Notes: generated by a model not told the origin, from the letters alone. DNA of 34,876 nucleotides from an uncultured Gammaproteobacteria bacterium (GCA_964430685.1 CAYSGV010000002.1:1-34876); one strand, 5' to 3'; shown: positions 1 to 9,649, counted from the stretch's first letter. Translations and numbers: made by a program.

Positions 1-1954
1 CCTGTAAGCATAGAAATTTTATGTTCTTCTTTAAATTCTGACATGTTAATGGTAATTAGGCTTTGTTCATTACCAAATAGGAGTTCCGCCAAGGCTAAAG
101 CTGTTTCAGTTTTACCAGTACCACTTAAACCTAATAATAAGAATACACCAATTGGTTTGCGTGGATCGGCTAATTGTGCCCGCGCTATCTTTACACTTTG
201 CGCTATAGATTCAAGCGCATGGTCTTGACCGATAACACGTTCTTTAAGTTTATCAGCTAGGTTCAAAACATCATCCGTTTGGTTGCTCAGCATTTTATAT
301 ACAGGAATGCCAGTCCAGTTGGCAATTATTTGTGCAATGGTAAAGGCATCAACATACAGCTGTACCATATTTTCCTGATTGCTTTTAATTTCTTGCCGTA
401 TTTGTTGTAGTATCTCTAATTGAGCATGATAGGTTGCAGGATCTTCTGTAACGAGTTTAGGCATTTGTGTTTCTATTGTACGTACTTTTTCAAACAATTG
501 TTTTTCAGTATCCCATTGTTCTTGTAATTTTGTGAGCTCACTATTGATACCGTTATATTTATTTTTTAAATCTTCTACAATTTGTGTTTCTCTTAAACCT
601 AATACCGATTCACGTTGACTCAGATTAATTTCATGTTCTAACCCAATTAATCGCTGTTGCAGATCTTCAATTTTCTGCGGGCATGAATTTTGGCTAAGAT
701 GCACACGTGCACAAGCAGTGTCTAATAAGCTGACTGCTTTATCGGGTAATTGTCGATGGGGTAAATAGCGTTTAGATAGTTGTACCGCAGCAACTAAAGC
801 TTCATCAAGGATCTTTACGTGATGATGTTCTTCTAATTTTTCAGCTAGCCCGCGTAATATTGCTATGCCGGTGCTTTCGTCGGGTTCGTCAATTTTAACA
901 GGTTGGAACCTACGCGTGAGGGCAGCATCTTTCTCAAAAAATTTCTTATATTCAGCCCAAGTAGTGGCTGCAATGGTTCTAAGTTCACCGCGTGCTAGTG
1001 CAGGTTTAAGTAAATTGGCGGCATCTCCTTGTCCGGCTTGATTACCTGCGCCAATTAAATTATGTGCTTCATCGATGAATAGGATAATAGGTTGTTCGGA
1101 TGATTTAACAGCTTCAATAACTGATTTTAACCTATTTTCAAATTCACCTTTAACACTAGCGCCTGCTTGTAGTAAGGTTAAATCCAATAAGAGCAAGCGT
1201 ACATTCTTTAATTTATCAGGCACAGTTCCTTGAATTATTCGTATTGCTAAACCCTCGGCTACGGCAGTTTTACCCACACCGGCTTCACCAACAAGGAGGG
1301 GATTATTTTGTCGCCGACGGGAGAGTATATCAATCATTTGTTGTATTTCTTGGTCACGGCCAATAACCGGATCTAGTTTGCCATTTTTTGCGGATTCAGT
1401 TAAATCAAGAGTAAATTGCGCAAGTGCAGATTGTTTTTGTTGATTGGATAAAGTGGCAGGCGCAGCAAACGACGCACTCTCTTTTGCCACAGCCGTAATG
1501 TCGTGAAATTGCTCCTTTAAAACTTGCAGATTCACAGCTTTTAAGCAGTCTGCTAAATAAGCCGTTTGTTGCATCAATTCATTAGTATTGAGTAAAGCGT
1601 ATAATAAACTACCAGATGATATTGAAGTTAGATCAAACTCTAAAGAACTTGCTAACCAACCGCGATGTAACCATTCGAGTAATTGCGCTGAAAAGCTTGG
1701 CGTGCGATTATTTCCTGTTTTGAAACTTTTCATTTCTTGGTCGACTTTATGCATTAATAGACTTGGGTCAATATTAAAATGATTAAGAATTGCTATTGCT
1801 TGGCTATTTTCATTTTGAAGAATGCTAAATAAAAAATGTTCAATTTCGACATTAAAATGCATTTGAGCCGCACAACTGGCAATGGCTTGTTCTAGGCATT
1901 GTCGTGAGAGTGGGTTTAATTTACTGATAAGTGCACGGAGTTCTAATGTAGCCA
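1..1954 (-). CDS. tssH: ClpV/TssH, the T6SS AAA+ sheath-recycling ATPase. About 650 N-terminal codons are present; the 3' end lies beyond the window start.
   Basis: Missing from the ORF track because it is open at the window edge. The minus strand from ATG 1954..1952 (AAGGAAA upstream) reads [25 protein letters not shown]... with no stop down to position 2. First Walker A is [10 protein letters not shown] (about 1263-1289). Second P-loop is GLSGTGKTE (about 105-131). This two-AAA+ Clp/Hsp100 layout lies last in the sheath operon. Confidence 0.9.
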
Positions 1955-1970
1955 TATTTTTTTCCTTAAG

Positions 1971-2354
1971 TTAAGCGTTATTCACAGTGACTTGGCCGGG
2001 CATCGTAATATTAATGATGCCTCCCCACATACAAATACATTTAGCATTTTGATTTAGTGTAGGCATATTACCTGCAAGAACGGTTGGTGCACCGGGTATC
2101 CAAGGTGCGGGAATAACCGGCACGCAAGGTGCTTGCGTCACAGCCCCTAATGATGCTGAGATAGCTGCTGCAACAGCTGGATTACTAGGAGTCATACACA
2201 TACCAAATGTCATGATATTAGGTGGATTTTTGTCCATTATGTTTCCTGCCGGTGTGCCAGAGAGCACACGTTTATCAGGAAGAATATTTAATACTGTGGG
2301 TGCAACACCGAAACTACATTTTAACATTGCACCGGTACAAACTTTTTGTGTCAT
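1971..2354 (-). CDS. DUF4280-type PAAR-like spike-tip protein (127 aa)
   Basis: The N-terminus VCTGAMLKCSFGVAPTVLNI, the later FGMCMTPSNP and APCVPVIPAPWIPGAP, and the C-terminal KCICMWGGIINITMPGQ match the Cys/Gly pattern I know for DUF4280. ATG 2354 overlaps the upstream stop as ATGA. It lies two genes downstream of vgrG. Confidence 0.8.
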   Translation of the reverse strand: MTQKVCTGAMLKCSFGVAPTVLNILPDKRVLSGTPAGNIMDKNPPNIMTFGMCMTPSNPAVAAAISASLGAVTQAPCVPVIPAPWIPGAPTVLAGNMPTLNQNAKCICMWGGIINITMPGQVTVNNA

Positions 2355-2899
2355 GCTTCTACTCCTTGTTCATCGGCAACATTATTTTTTTCTAATACTT
2401 TTCCATCAGGTGAATAACGTATTACATTGCCACTTAATTTACCTTGGTGGTAATAATATTTTTCGAGCGGTTTATTATTATGATAAATAATTAACTTTCC
2501 ATGTAACTGCCCTTGATAATAATGAGCGATTTTACAGATTTGGTCTTTATCGCTATACCAAATACTCTTGCCATGTAAAAGGTCATCTTTATATTCTTGC
2601 AATAAAGCAAGAAATCCTTTTTCGTTAAATATTTGGGTAATACCATTCTTTTGACCATTTAAATATTGCGATTGCATGTATAAAATAGTGTCAACGTAGA
2701 TCAACATTTCACCATTTAATAGGCCATTTTGGTATTGAGCTTGTTGTATCAATTCACCTGCTTCGTTATATAGAAATAGTTCACCATGTAACTTATCAGC
2801 AACATAATTAGCACGCGTAGCGATTGCATTATTATCATGATAAGAAACGTATTCACCGTTTAACTCATCAGTGTCATTGACCTGAGCATTATCATCCAT
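2351..2899 (-). CDS. MORN-repeat-variant (YwqK-like) protein, 182 aa from ATG 2899
   Basis: It has repeated Y-x-N/Q-G-x-L-H/N-G-x5-Y units (YQNGLLNGEMLIY, YLNGQKNGITQIF, YKDDLLHGKSIWY, YYQGQLHGKLIIY, YHQGKLSGNVIRY). The track ORF starts at a GTG (2923) inside vgrG. I prefer ATG 2899, which has AAGGAAA 7 nt upstream and sits 1 nt after the vgrG stop. Confidence 0.75.
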   Translation of the reverse strand: MDDNAQVNDTDELNGEYVSYHDNNAIATRANYVADKLHGELFLYNEAGELIQQAQYQNGLLNGEMLIYVDTILYMQSQYLNGQKNGITQIFNEKGFLALLQEYKDDLLHGKSIWYSDKDQICKIAHYYQGQLHGKLIIYHNNKPLEKYYYHQGKLSGNVIRYSPDGKVLEKNNVADEQGVEA

Positions 2900-2900
2900 A

Positions 2901-4805
2901 TTAATTTTCCTTAATAATACCACCCTTTAAAGTTAAAATGCCGTCAGCGCCTACTTCTTGCATGGCTGCTTTGGTGGTCAAACGGATATCTGCTTGATGC
3001 GCAATTTCAAGAGCCTTATGTGAAAGTTTTGTTTTGGCTTGATTGTTAATCTCAAGCGCATTTTGTGTTAATTTCGCTTTAGCAGTGATGTTGATATTAG
3101 CCCCCGCATTTTTTTCAATATTTTTCTTCGCACTAAGCGTCATATCAGTGCCTGCTTTAATCTGAATGGCTTTGCCAGCTTCTAATGTAATAGAGCCGTC
3201 AGCTTTAATGGTAATGTCACCTTTGACTTGTAAAACATAATTGCCTTTTTTAACAGTTTGTGTTGAATCTTTTTCGTCAACAGTCAAAACATAGTTACCT
3301 TTTTTAACAAGTTGCGTTGAGTCTTGCTCAACCGTAATGAGATGATTTTTAGCCGCGTACACACTTAATTCTTGATTGTCTATTTTATCCTGGAAGCGAA
3401 TTTCATTGTATTTTTTTTCATCGGCCTGTTTAACATAACGACGTTTTAAAACAGATTGCGTTTGTTCATTTGGCATGCTGTTAATTGGCATAAGCCCCGC
3501 ATTATGTATAGGCCCTAATATAATTGGTTTATCCAGATCATCGTCAATAAACCCTATAAGAACTGGAGTACCAATGCGCAGTAACCCTTCCCATTGTTGA
3601 ATAGAGCGCATCCAGCAGGAACTGTGCTCATCATTTTTACCTTCACGATGCCAAACAAATTGGACTTTCATTTCACCGTATTTATTGGTGTAAATTTCTT
3701 TACCTTTTTCACCTACGACTGTAGCCAGTTGTACACCTGGGGCCATTGGTTTCACAGTAACACGCGCTGGTCGAAATGTTTTATCAGCAGGAATACAGGT
3801 AAATTCATTATGATAGATAACCTGACTTGAACGATTAACATCTAAATTAATATAATGAGAGATAGATGTGATTAAGTACGGTTTACCTTTATCCTCTGTA
3901 AAGAGGGGGTTATCTAAGCTAAGTTTGCTGGCTACAAGTAGATGCGGGTAAGTACTGGTTGCTTCAACCATCAGCGCAGAGGTTTCTTGTTCCTCAAGCC
4001 TAACTTTAGCTATTTTTTCGCCGGCCATTGTATCATTATATAAACCGGGATAATTATATACTGAATAACTGGTATTATTTGCTAGGTTTTCTTTACTATC
4101 TATGTCAACTAACAATTTTTTATTAGGATTCGTATAGTCATGGTCGTTAATAATCCATTTGCCGGTGAAAAACTGTGAACGTTTTTGCCAGCTTTGTATG
4201 CCGACCTCATTTGCCGGTGTCAGTTTACAGGCTATCGTATTTGAACTGTAGGATTGCTTACCATCAGAAAATATAAGCTTATGTTGATCCTTTGCATGTT
4301 CAAATAGATAAAAAATACCAAAATGCTCAAGTAAACGGCTAATAAAACTAAAGTCTGATTCTTGATATTGGACACAATAATCAAGTGCTTTATAGGTTGA
4401 GCTTATTTTACTGGTTAAATCATATTTACTGACTTTATTCTCTTTTAAGATTTGTTCAATAATTTGTATAACACTTTGGTTTTGAAATATACGACAGTTT
4501 TTGCGAAATTTTAGTAAGGTAAGTTGTGGTACGAGCTGTGCGCAATAAGTTAACCCGTCAGTGTTATGCCATTTAATAAATTGCAGAATAATTCCATGAA
4601 AATAACGTGGCTTAGTACTATTATTATCTTGTGGAATATTATAAGCCAGCGTTAGTTTTTTACCAATAATCTTTTGTGGGTCTAATATTTTTTCAGAAGT
4701 AATAATTAATTTAAAATGAAAGAGGCATGATAGCCCTTCATAGCCTTCCATTTTGATTAACTTCAGTGCTGCCGATTGGCCTTCAATTGTTAATTCTGTT
4801 AGCAT
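2901..4805 (-). CDS. vgrG: VgrG/TssI spike protein (634 aa) with no C-terminal effector extension
   Basis: The N-terminal half is gp27-like (...YCVQYQESDFSFISRLLEHFGIFYLFEH...). The gp5-like OB region is SSCWMRSIQQWEGLLRIGTPVLIGFIDDDLDKPIILGPI. The C-terminus carries beta-helix repeats (DSTQLVKKGNYVLTVDEK / DSTQTVKKGNYVLQVKGD). Starts at ATG 4805. Confidence 0.92.
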   Translation of the reverse strand: MLTELTIEGQSAALKLIKMEGYEGLSCLFHFKLIITSEKILDPQKIIGKKLTLAYNIPQDNNSTKPRYFHGIILQFIKWHNTDGLTYCAQLVPQLTLLKFRKNCRIFQNQSVIQIIEQILKENKVSKYDLTSKISSTYKALDYCVQYQESDFSFISRLLEHFGIFYLFEHAKDQHKLIFSDGKQSYSSNTIACKLTPANEVGIQSWQKRSQFFTGKWIINDHDYTNPNKKLLVDIDSKENLANNTSYSVYNYPGLYNDTMAGEKIAKVRLEEQETSALMVEATSTYPHLLVASKLSLDNPLFTEDKGKPYLITSISHYINLDVNRSSQVIYHNEFTCIPADKTFRPARVTVKPMAPGVQLATVVGEKGKEIYTNKYGEMKVQFVWHREGKNDEHSSCWMRSIQQWEGLLRIGTPVLIGFIDDDLDKPIILGPIHNAGLMPINSMPNEQTQSVLKRRYVKQADEKKYNEIRFQDKIDNQELSVYAAKNHLITVEQDSTQLVKKGNYVLTVDEKDSTQTVKKGNYVLQVKGDITIKADGSITLEAGKAIQIKAGTDMTLSAKKNIEKNAGANINITAKAKLTQNALEINNQAKTKLSHKALEIAHQADIRLTTKAAMQEVGADGILTLKGGIIKEN

Positions 4806-4834
4806 GATATATATCTTTGCCTCATTTTCATAGT

Positions 4835-6232
4835 TTATTTAGCTGATGATATTTCAGTCATTAACAACAATGTTGAGCGAATTTGTTCTAATTGCACTCT
4901 TGGTTGCAGATGAATTAGACATGAATAGGCGCCTGGTTTGCCGGGCTTTTGCTTAATTTGTACCTTTGCATTAAGTAATGGGTAATTTAATTTTTGATCA
5001 GGTGTTAAATCTTCATTGCTGGCTACGTATTGAATCAACCAAGAATTGATATACGACTCAAATTCTGGTGCGGATAGGAATGAACCTATTTTGGTGCGAC
5101 CAATTATTTTTATATAATGTGCAAAACGGCAAGCACAGAGTAGATATTGTAATGTTGCTGATATTCTTGCATTTATATTCGCAATATTATCGCTATATAT
5201 TTTAGGTGAATGAATGGAATTATTATTATAAAAAACTGCTTTCGCACTGCCTTTTATTTGACATAGACCAATAAAACCAAGGTCAGCAAGCGATTTCTCT
5301 TGAGCATCCGTCAGTAAAAGCTCTACATTATAATTATAAAATATATTCGTATGGTCACTGCTGAAATATATTTCTGGTAAATAATCAATCAAACCGCCAC
5401 TGTGATGAGCTGAAGAACCCTTTAAGTGAACAAACCAGCCTGACTCATAAAAGGAATTCATCAGTACCATTGCAAATGCGTAACCAGCATTGCCCCATAA
5501 ATATTCTTCATGATGTGTGGTATGCTCATGAAATACAAAGCCCATTTTGCCTGCGTAATTTGAAGAATAGGGTAGTCGCACTAAGATACGTGGTAAGACT
5601 AAGCCAATAAAACGCGTATTTTCACCTAGGCGTAGTTTTTCCCATTTGTAATATTCGGCGGTTTTAAAAATCTGCTCTAAGTCCGGTAATTGATCTAAAT
5701 CAGTAAATTGATCAATACCCAGACTAGCAGGGGAGATGCTACTAATAAAGGGCGTAAATGATGAGGCCAATATTTCAGCAAGTGTACTTAAAGCGTTCAC
5801 ATCATCATATTCATCGCGTAGTTGTATTTGATAATCACCAACAATTGCAGTATAAGGCTCACCACCCGGCATACCGAATTCTTGATTGTATAATATGTTA
5901 AATAATTCGCATTGATCAAAATCCAGGGCTTGCAGCAGGTCTTTTTTAGCTTCCAGCCATGATAAATCTAATAATTTGATTTTAATATTTTTTCGTTGCG
6001 TAGCGGGTTTTACTAAACTAAAAAGATTTAACCAAGACGCTTCCAATTGCTGAAAAGTTGGGTGATGTAATATTGTATTTAAAAGTATATTACATCGCTC
6101 ATCAATTTCAGCAATTGTGCGTATAATAATCGATTTAATTTTATCTTGATTGCTTAAATCACAATTAACTTCATTAATTAAATTCGCTATTGAGTTATTA
6201 GCGTTATTATCTATGGCTAATGTTGAAACCAT
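4835..6232 (-). CDS. tssC: Second TssC-like sheath large-subunit paralogue (about 465 aa from ATG 6232)
   Basis: It aligns by eye with the adjacent TssC: GMPGGEPYTAIVGDY vs [15 protein letters not shown], and RFIGLVLPRILVRLPY vs [17 protein letters not shown]-terminal KPGKPGAYSCLIHLQP matches [16 protein letters not shown]. The track start at 6274 is a TTG overlapping tssC. ATG 6232 lies 16 nt after the tssC stop. Confidence 0.85.
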   Translation of the reverse strand: MVSTLAIDNNANNSIANLINEVNCDLSNQDKIKSIIIRTIAEIDERCNILLNTILHHPTFQQLEASWLNLFSLVKPATQRKNIKIKLLDLSWLEAKKDLLQALDFDQCELFNILYNQEFGMPGGEPYTAIVGDYQIQLRDEYDDVNALSTLAEILASSFTPFISSISPASLGIDQFTDLDQLPDLEQIFKTAEYYKWEKLRLGENTRFIGLVLPRILVRLPYSSNYAGKMGFVFHEHTTHHEEYLWGNAGYAFAMVLMNSFYESGWFVHLKGSSAHHSGGLIDYLPEIYFSSDHTNIFYNYNVELLLTDAQEKSLADLGFIGLCQIKGSAKAVFYNNNSIHSPKIYSDNIANINARISATLQYLLCACRFAHYIKIIGRTKIGSFLSAPEFESYINSWLIQYVASNEDLTPDQKLNYPLLNAKVQIKQKPGKPGAYSCLIHLQPRVQLEQIRSTLLLMTEISSAK

Positions 6233-6248
6233 ATATAAATTTAATTTT

Positions 6249-7739
6249 TTAAGACAATTGCGGTATGCGCGCAACTAATCTTAATGATGTTGTTAATTCT
6301 TCTAATTGCAACCAAGGTCGAAGCCAAGCAACTGCATGATATGAGCCAGGTTTTCCAGCTACTTCTTGCACAGTGATTTTAGCTTCTGCCAATGGATATT
6401 TAGATTTCATGTCAGCACCACAATTGGGATTGGCATTGATATAATTCAATATCCAGCGATTTAGCCAAATTTCGGCATCACTTACTTCCATGAATGAACC
6501 AATTTTATCCCGCGCCAGCACTTTCAAATAATGCGCAAAACGTGAAGCTGCCATGATATAAGGTAAACGTGCAGAAATTGCAGCATTGGCTGTTGCATTC
6601 GGATCATCATATTCTTTAGGTTTTTGTACAGATTGAGCACCAAAGAATACAGAATAATCGGTATTCTTATAATGACAGAGCGGTAAAAAGCCTAGTTTAC
6701 TTAATTCTGCTTCACGACGATCAGTAATGCCTATTTCACTTGGGCATTTCAAATCGAGGTCACCATTGTCACTGATAAAGACGTGCGCGGGCAAGTTTTC
6801 TACCTTACCACCGCCTTCAGCACCACGGATAGCCGTACACCAACCGTGTTGTGCAAAAGCATCCGTTAAACGCGCGGCCATAACGAAGCTTGCATTCATC
6901 CAAGTGTAATCGCTATTTCGTACAGTTTTGGCCATACCCTTTTCATCAGTTTCAAATTCTTCAAAATGGAATTCTTCTATCTGTTTTGACTTTTGTCCAT
7001 AGGGTAAGCGCGACAGCACTCTAGGCAACACTAGTGTAACAAACCGTGAATCTTCTGTATCACGAAAACCGCGCCATTTCGCATATTCTACGGATTCAAA
7101 TATTTTCTCTAGGTCACGTGGTTTAGATAAATCGGTCCATTGATCGAGCCCTAATAATTGCGGCGCTGCTGCTGCAATAAAAGGTGCAAATCCCGCTGCA
7201 GCGACACTCGAAATATTATTCAGCAATTGCACGTCATCAGCATTATTTGTAAATTCATAATCGCCAATGAGGGCGCCATATGGTTCGCCACCAGGTGTGC
7301 CATATTCATTTTCATAGATTTTTTTGAAAAAATCGCTCTGATCAAATTCAATGGCTTTGTCCAAATCTTTAAAAAGTTCGCTTTTATGGATGTTTAACAC
7401 TTTGATTTTAAGCGTACTACCACAAAGGGAGTTTTTCACCAAATAGTGCAAGCCACGCCATGAACCTTCTACTTTTTGTAAGGGTTCGGCATGGAGAATC
7501 TCGGCTAATTGTTTTGAGAGTAGTTGGTCAATTGCAGCGATAGCAGAGTTTATGGTTTTAGTTAAGTTTTTATCCCAACTAACAACTCCACTTAAAGCTT
7601 CTTTTGTTAATGCTTTTAATAACTCTTGCGCACGATCAGGTTCAGTTTGCTTTGTAGCTGCAACAACTTGATCTAATAAGCTTTGGCTTTCAGTAGTTGT
7701 TGCGCTTTCGTTTTTTGTTGCAGTTGCGGTATCGTTCAC
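6249..7739 (-). CDS. tssC: TssC (VipB-type) contractile sheath large subunit, 496 aa
   Basis: Canonical TssC blocks are present: [53 protein letters not shown] and [21 protein letters not shown]. The GTG start overlaps the tssB stop as GTGA, with GAGGAGG 7 nt upstream. Confidence 0.93.
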   Translation of the reverse strand: MNDTATATKNESATTTESQSLLDQVVAATKQTEPDRAQELLKALTKEALSGVVSWDKNLTKTINSAIAAIDQLLSKQLAEILHAEPLQKVEGSWRGLHYLVKNSLCGSTLKIKVLNIHKSELFKDLDKAIEFDQSDFFKKIYENEYGTPGGEPYGALIGDYEFTNNADDVQLLNNISSVAAAGFAPFIAAAAPQLLGLDQWTDLSKPRDLEKIFESVEYAKWRGFRDTEDSRFVTLVLPRVLSRLPYGQKSKQIEEFHFEEFETDEKGMAKTVRNSDYTWMNASFVMAARLTDAFAQHGWCTAIRGAEGGGKVENLPAHVFISDNGDLDLKCPSEIGITDRREAELSKLGFLPLCHYKNTDYSVFFGAQSVQKPKEYDDPNATANAAISARLPYIMAASRFAHYLKVLARDKIGSFMEVSDAEIWLNRWILNYINANPNCGADMKSKYPLAEAKITVQEVAGKPGSYHAVAWLRPWLQLEELTTSLRLVARIPQLS

Positions 7740-8251
7740 GATGTGGCCTCCTCGGTTGCTTCAACTTTTAATGCTTCAGATATTTCTTTTAAGTCATCGC
7801 TGTTTTGCAATATACGTTCAAGTAAACTCTCTAGGTCAGCAGAGCGATCAGCTTTGCTTAGCAATTCACTTAATTTTTTGCGAGTATCGATTAACTTTTT
7901 AAGTGGTTCCACCTGATCAATAATACGGCTAGGTTCAAAATCATCCATAGATTTAAATTCTAGATTTACGGCCATTTCACTGCCATCACCTTTTAGGGTA
8001 TTAGCCACTTTAAGTTCAACAGCGGGAGCCGTGCGTTGCATGACATCATTAAAATTATCGCCGTCAATTTGCACGAACTTTCGTTCTTTAAGCGGTTTTT
8101 TAACGCCTGCATTACCAGAAAAATCACCCATTACACCCAATATAAAAGGTAATTCTTTTTTAACAGTTGCTCCTTCGGTTTCCACATCATAAGTGATATG
8201 AATCCGAGGTTTGCGAACTTTACCTAATTTATCATGTACGCTATTTACCAT
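7736..8251 (-). CDS. tssB: TssB (VipA-type) sheath small subunit, 171 aa
   Basis: [33 protein letters not shown] is the typical TssB N-terminal block. ATG 8251 has AAGGAG upstream. Confidence 0.92.
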   Translation of the reverse strand: MVNSVHDKLGKVRKPRIHITYDVETEGATVKKELPFILGVMGDFSGNAGVKKPLKERKFVQIDGDNFNDVMQRTAPAVELKVANTLKGDGSEMAVNLEFKSMDDFEPSRIIDQVEPLKKLIDTRKKLSELLSKADRSADLESLLERILQNSDDLKEISEALKVEATEEATS

Positions 8252-8327
8252 CGTTTTACTCCTTTATTTATTAGACATCCCACATTATAAAGCTATGGTT
8301 TCGGGCAGATGTCTGAATGATGACATT

Positions 8328-8336
8328 TTGTAACAA
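8328..8336. promoter_or_regulatory. TTGTAACAA motif in the tssA-tssB intergenic gap
   Basis: An exact 9-mer lies 77 nt upstream of the tssB ATG, in the only sizeable gap (108 nt) of the minus-strand operon. Confidence 0.4.
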
Positions 8337-8359
8337 AATATGAATGGAAAAATTCAGTA

Positions 8360-9517
8360 CTAGTAATTTTCATTCTCATTATGTTCGAAATCTTCAGACA
8401 TCGAAGCAAACCGTCCCATATTCCCCATATTGCTCTCATTACTGTTCGGTGCTTGTACACCAATTAATTTATAAATATGTGCTAAAAATTCTGGATTGGG
8501 GATGACTTCTGCTAACCATTCGGGTAATGCTAATTCATTCCAACGAATTGCTTGTTCTAATAAGTAAGCCACGGGTGAATAAGGTTCAGTTTGTTTATAA
8601 AAATCGGCCAATTGCTGAATTAACTGCACTGCTTGCGCTTTTGAAGTTACGTGTTGGTTATTAAAGGATGGGCGCGTGTCACCATTATCTACATCACTTT
8701 TTATTAAATCAGGGGTATTCTGTGCAACAGTGGCTGCAGGTGCAACCATCTTTGCAAATGTTTTAACGACTTCTAAGCAAGATTGTAAAGCTTTTTCAAT
8801 ACCAAAGAGGGTGGGGATATCTGGACCGCATAAATCAGTTATAGCCTGGCTTACCCGACGAAATACTTCTAGACAGGCATTTATTTGTTCAGCGGTATTA
8901 TTATACTGAGTATGTGTATTACTCACCACAGCTTGCCGTATTTCATCTAATGAGAGTACGCCTGTGCTCGCCAGTTTTTTCAAACGGTCTTCATCGGTTA
9001 TTTTTGCATTCTTCAGTGCTTGCTGATATTGCCAAGTAGCAATTGGCATTGCTGGTTCACAAGTCAATGATAAAGAATAAATCGGGGTAATTAGTGCGCC
9101 CTCATTTTGATTACCACTTAAACCAATCAGGGGCATTAATTTCGTTATCACACCATCTTCATCGGGCAAAGGATACAGGCTATCCCAGTAATTAATTAAT
9201 AAACCTTCAATAAGCTCACCTCCTGCCAATAGACCAGGAAATGCACTTACCCGGGTTAAGGCTTCTGTCAACCATGATGCGACAGTCAAATCTTTTGCAT
9301 GTTCTTTAAGATAGGCAGGGGCTAATTCAATTATTTTTCGCCAATTGCGCAAATCTTTTATAGATTCAGTATCAAACATAGAATCGCGTTCTTGTTGACG
9401 TGCCTCTGAACGGGCATCTTTTAATTCAAGAAATAAAGCATGCGAATGGTTACTTATTTCTGAGTTGATAACTTCTTGATTTGGCTCAGCGGAGAGTATT
9501 TCTGCAACATTTATCAT
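8360..9517 (-). CDS. tssA: TssA (ImpA_N-domain) T6SS baseplate/cap protein, 385 aa
   Basis: The ImpA_N-type block is WRKIIELAPAYLKEHAKDLTVASWLTEALTRVSAFPGLLAGGELIEGLLINYWDSLYPLP. It sits at the head of the sheath operon. Confidence 0.85.
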   Translation of the reverse strand: MINVAEILSAEPNQEVINSEISNHSHALFLELKDARSEARQQERDSMFDTESIKDLRNWRKIIELAPAYLKEHAKDLTVASWLTEALTRVSAFPGLLAGGELIEGLLINYWDSLYPLPDEDGVITKLMPLIGLSGNQNEGALITPIYSLSLTCEPAMPIATWQYQQALKNAKITDEDRLKKLASTGVLSLDEIRQAVVSNTHTQYNNTAEQINACLEVFRRVSQAITDLCGPDIPTLFGIEKALQSCLEVVKTFAKMVAPAATVAQNTPDLIKSDVDNGDTRPSFNNQHVTSKAQAVQLIQQLADFYKQTEPYSPVAYLLEQAIRWNELALPEWLAEVIPNPEFLAHIYKLIGVQAPNSNESNMGNMGRFASMSEDFEHNENENY

Positions 9518-9568
9518 TTATTTGATTCTCAAATTTTTAACAGAATAGTATATTAAGTTAGCTGGTTT

Positions 9569-9591
9569 ATTTGTAACATATTGTTACAAAT
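9569..9591. promoter_or_regulatory. Perfect palindrome ATTTGTAACA-TAT-TGTTACAAAT in the tssA/tssJ divergent intergenic region; candidate operator
   Basis: The 10-bp arms (9569-9578 and 9582-9591) are exact reverse complements. The site lies between the two divergent core operons. Confidence 0.6.
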
Positions 9592-9621
9592 TATTACTGT
9601 AGTTGGGTTAGGAATTTTTTA

Positions 9622-9649
9622 GTTACAAATATTTATATTTTGGTAACAA
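9622..9649. promoter_or_regulatory. Degenerate second copy of the motif: GTTACAAA-N12-GGTAACAA
   Basis: The half-sites at 9622-9629 and 9642-9649 resemble the arms of the 9569-9591 palindrome. Their orientation is opposite and the spacing is longer. Confidence 0.3.

Noticed and set aside
43-1782. Track ORFs 43..228 (+) and 1588..1782 (+)
   Set aside because: Both lie antisense within the uninterrupted ClpV reading frame on the minus strand. They have no motifs or RBS and are shadow ORFs.
3230-3320. Tandem ~54-nt direct repeat inside vgrG (DSTQLVKKGNYVLTVDEK / DSTQTVKKGNYVLQVKGD)
   Set aside because: This is the normal periodicity of the gp5-like beta-helix of VgrG, not an independent repeat element.
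6233-6274. N-terminal extensions implied by the ORF track for tssC2 (to 6274), the MORN gene (to 2923), ribF (to 31881) and murJ (to 33593)
   Set aside because: The first three upstream starts are TTG or GTG codons lying inside the preceding gene. The murJ extension encodes an implausible A/T-driven peptide. In every case an internal ATG gives a tight or coupled junction and an N-terminus typical of the family.
2212-8909. Short plus-strand ORFs 2212..2490, 3594..3830, 6727..6909, 7158..7397, 7683..7916 and 8676..8909
   Set aside because: All lie antisense inside well-supported minus-strand T6SS genes (DUF4280/MORN, vgrG, tssC, tssB, tssA). Their sequences are low in complexity and unlike real proteins.
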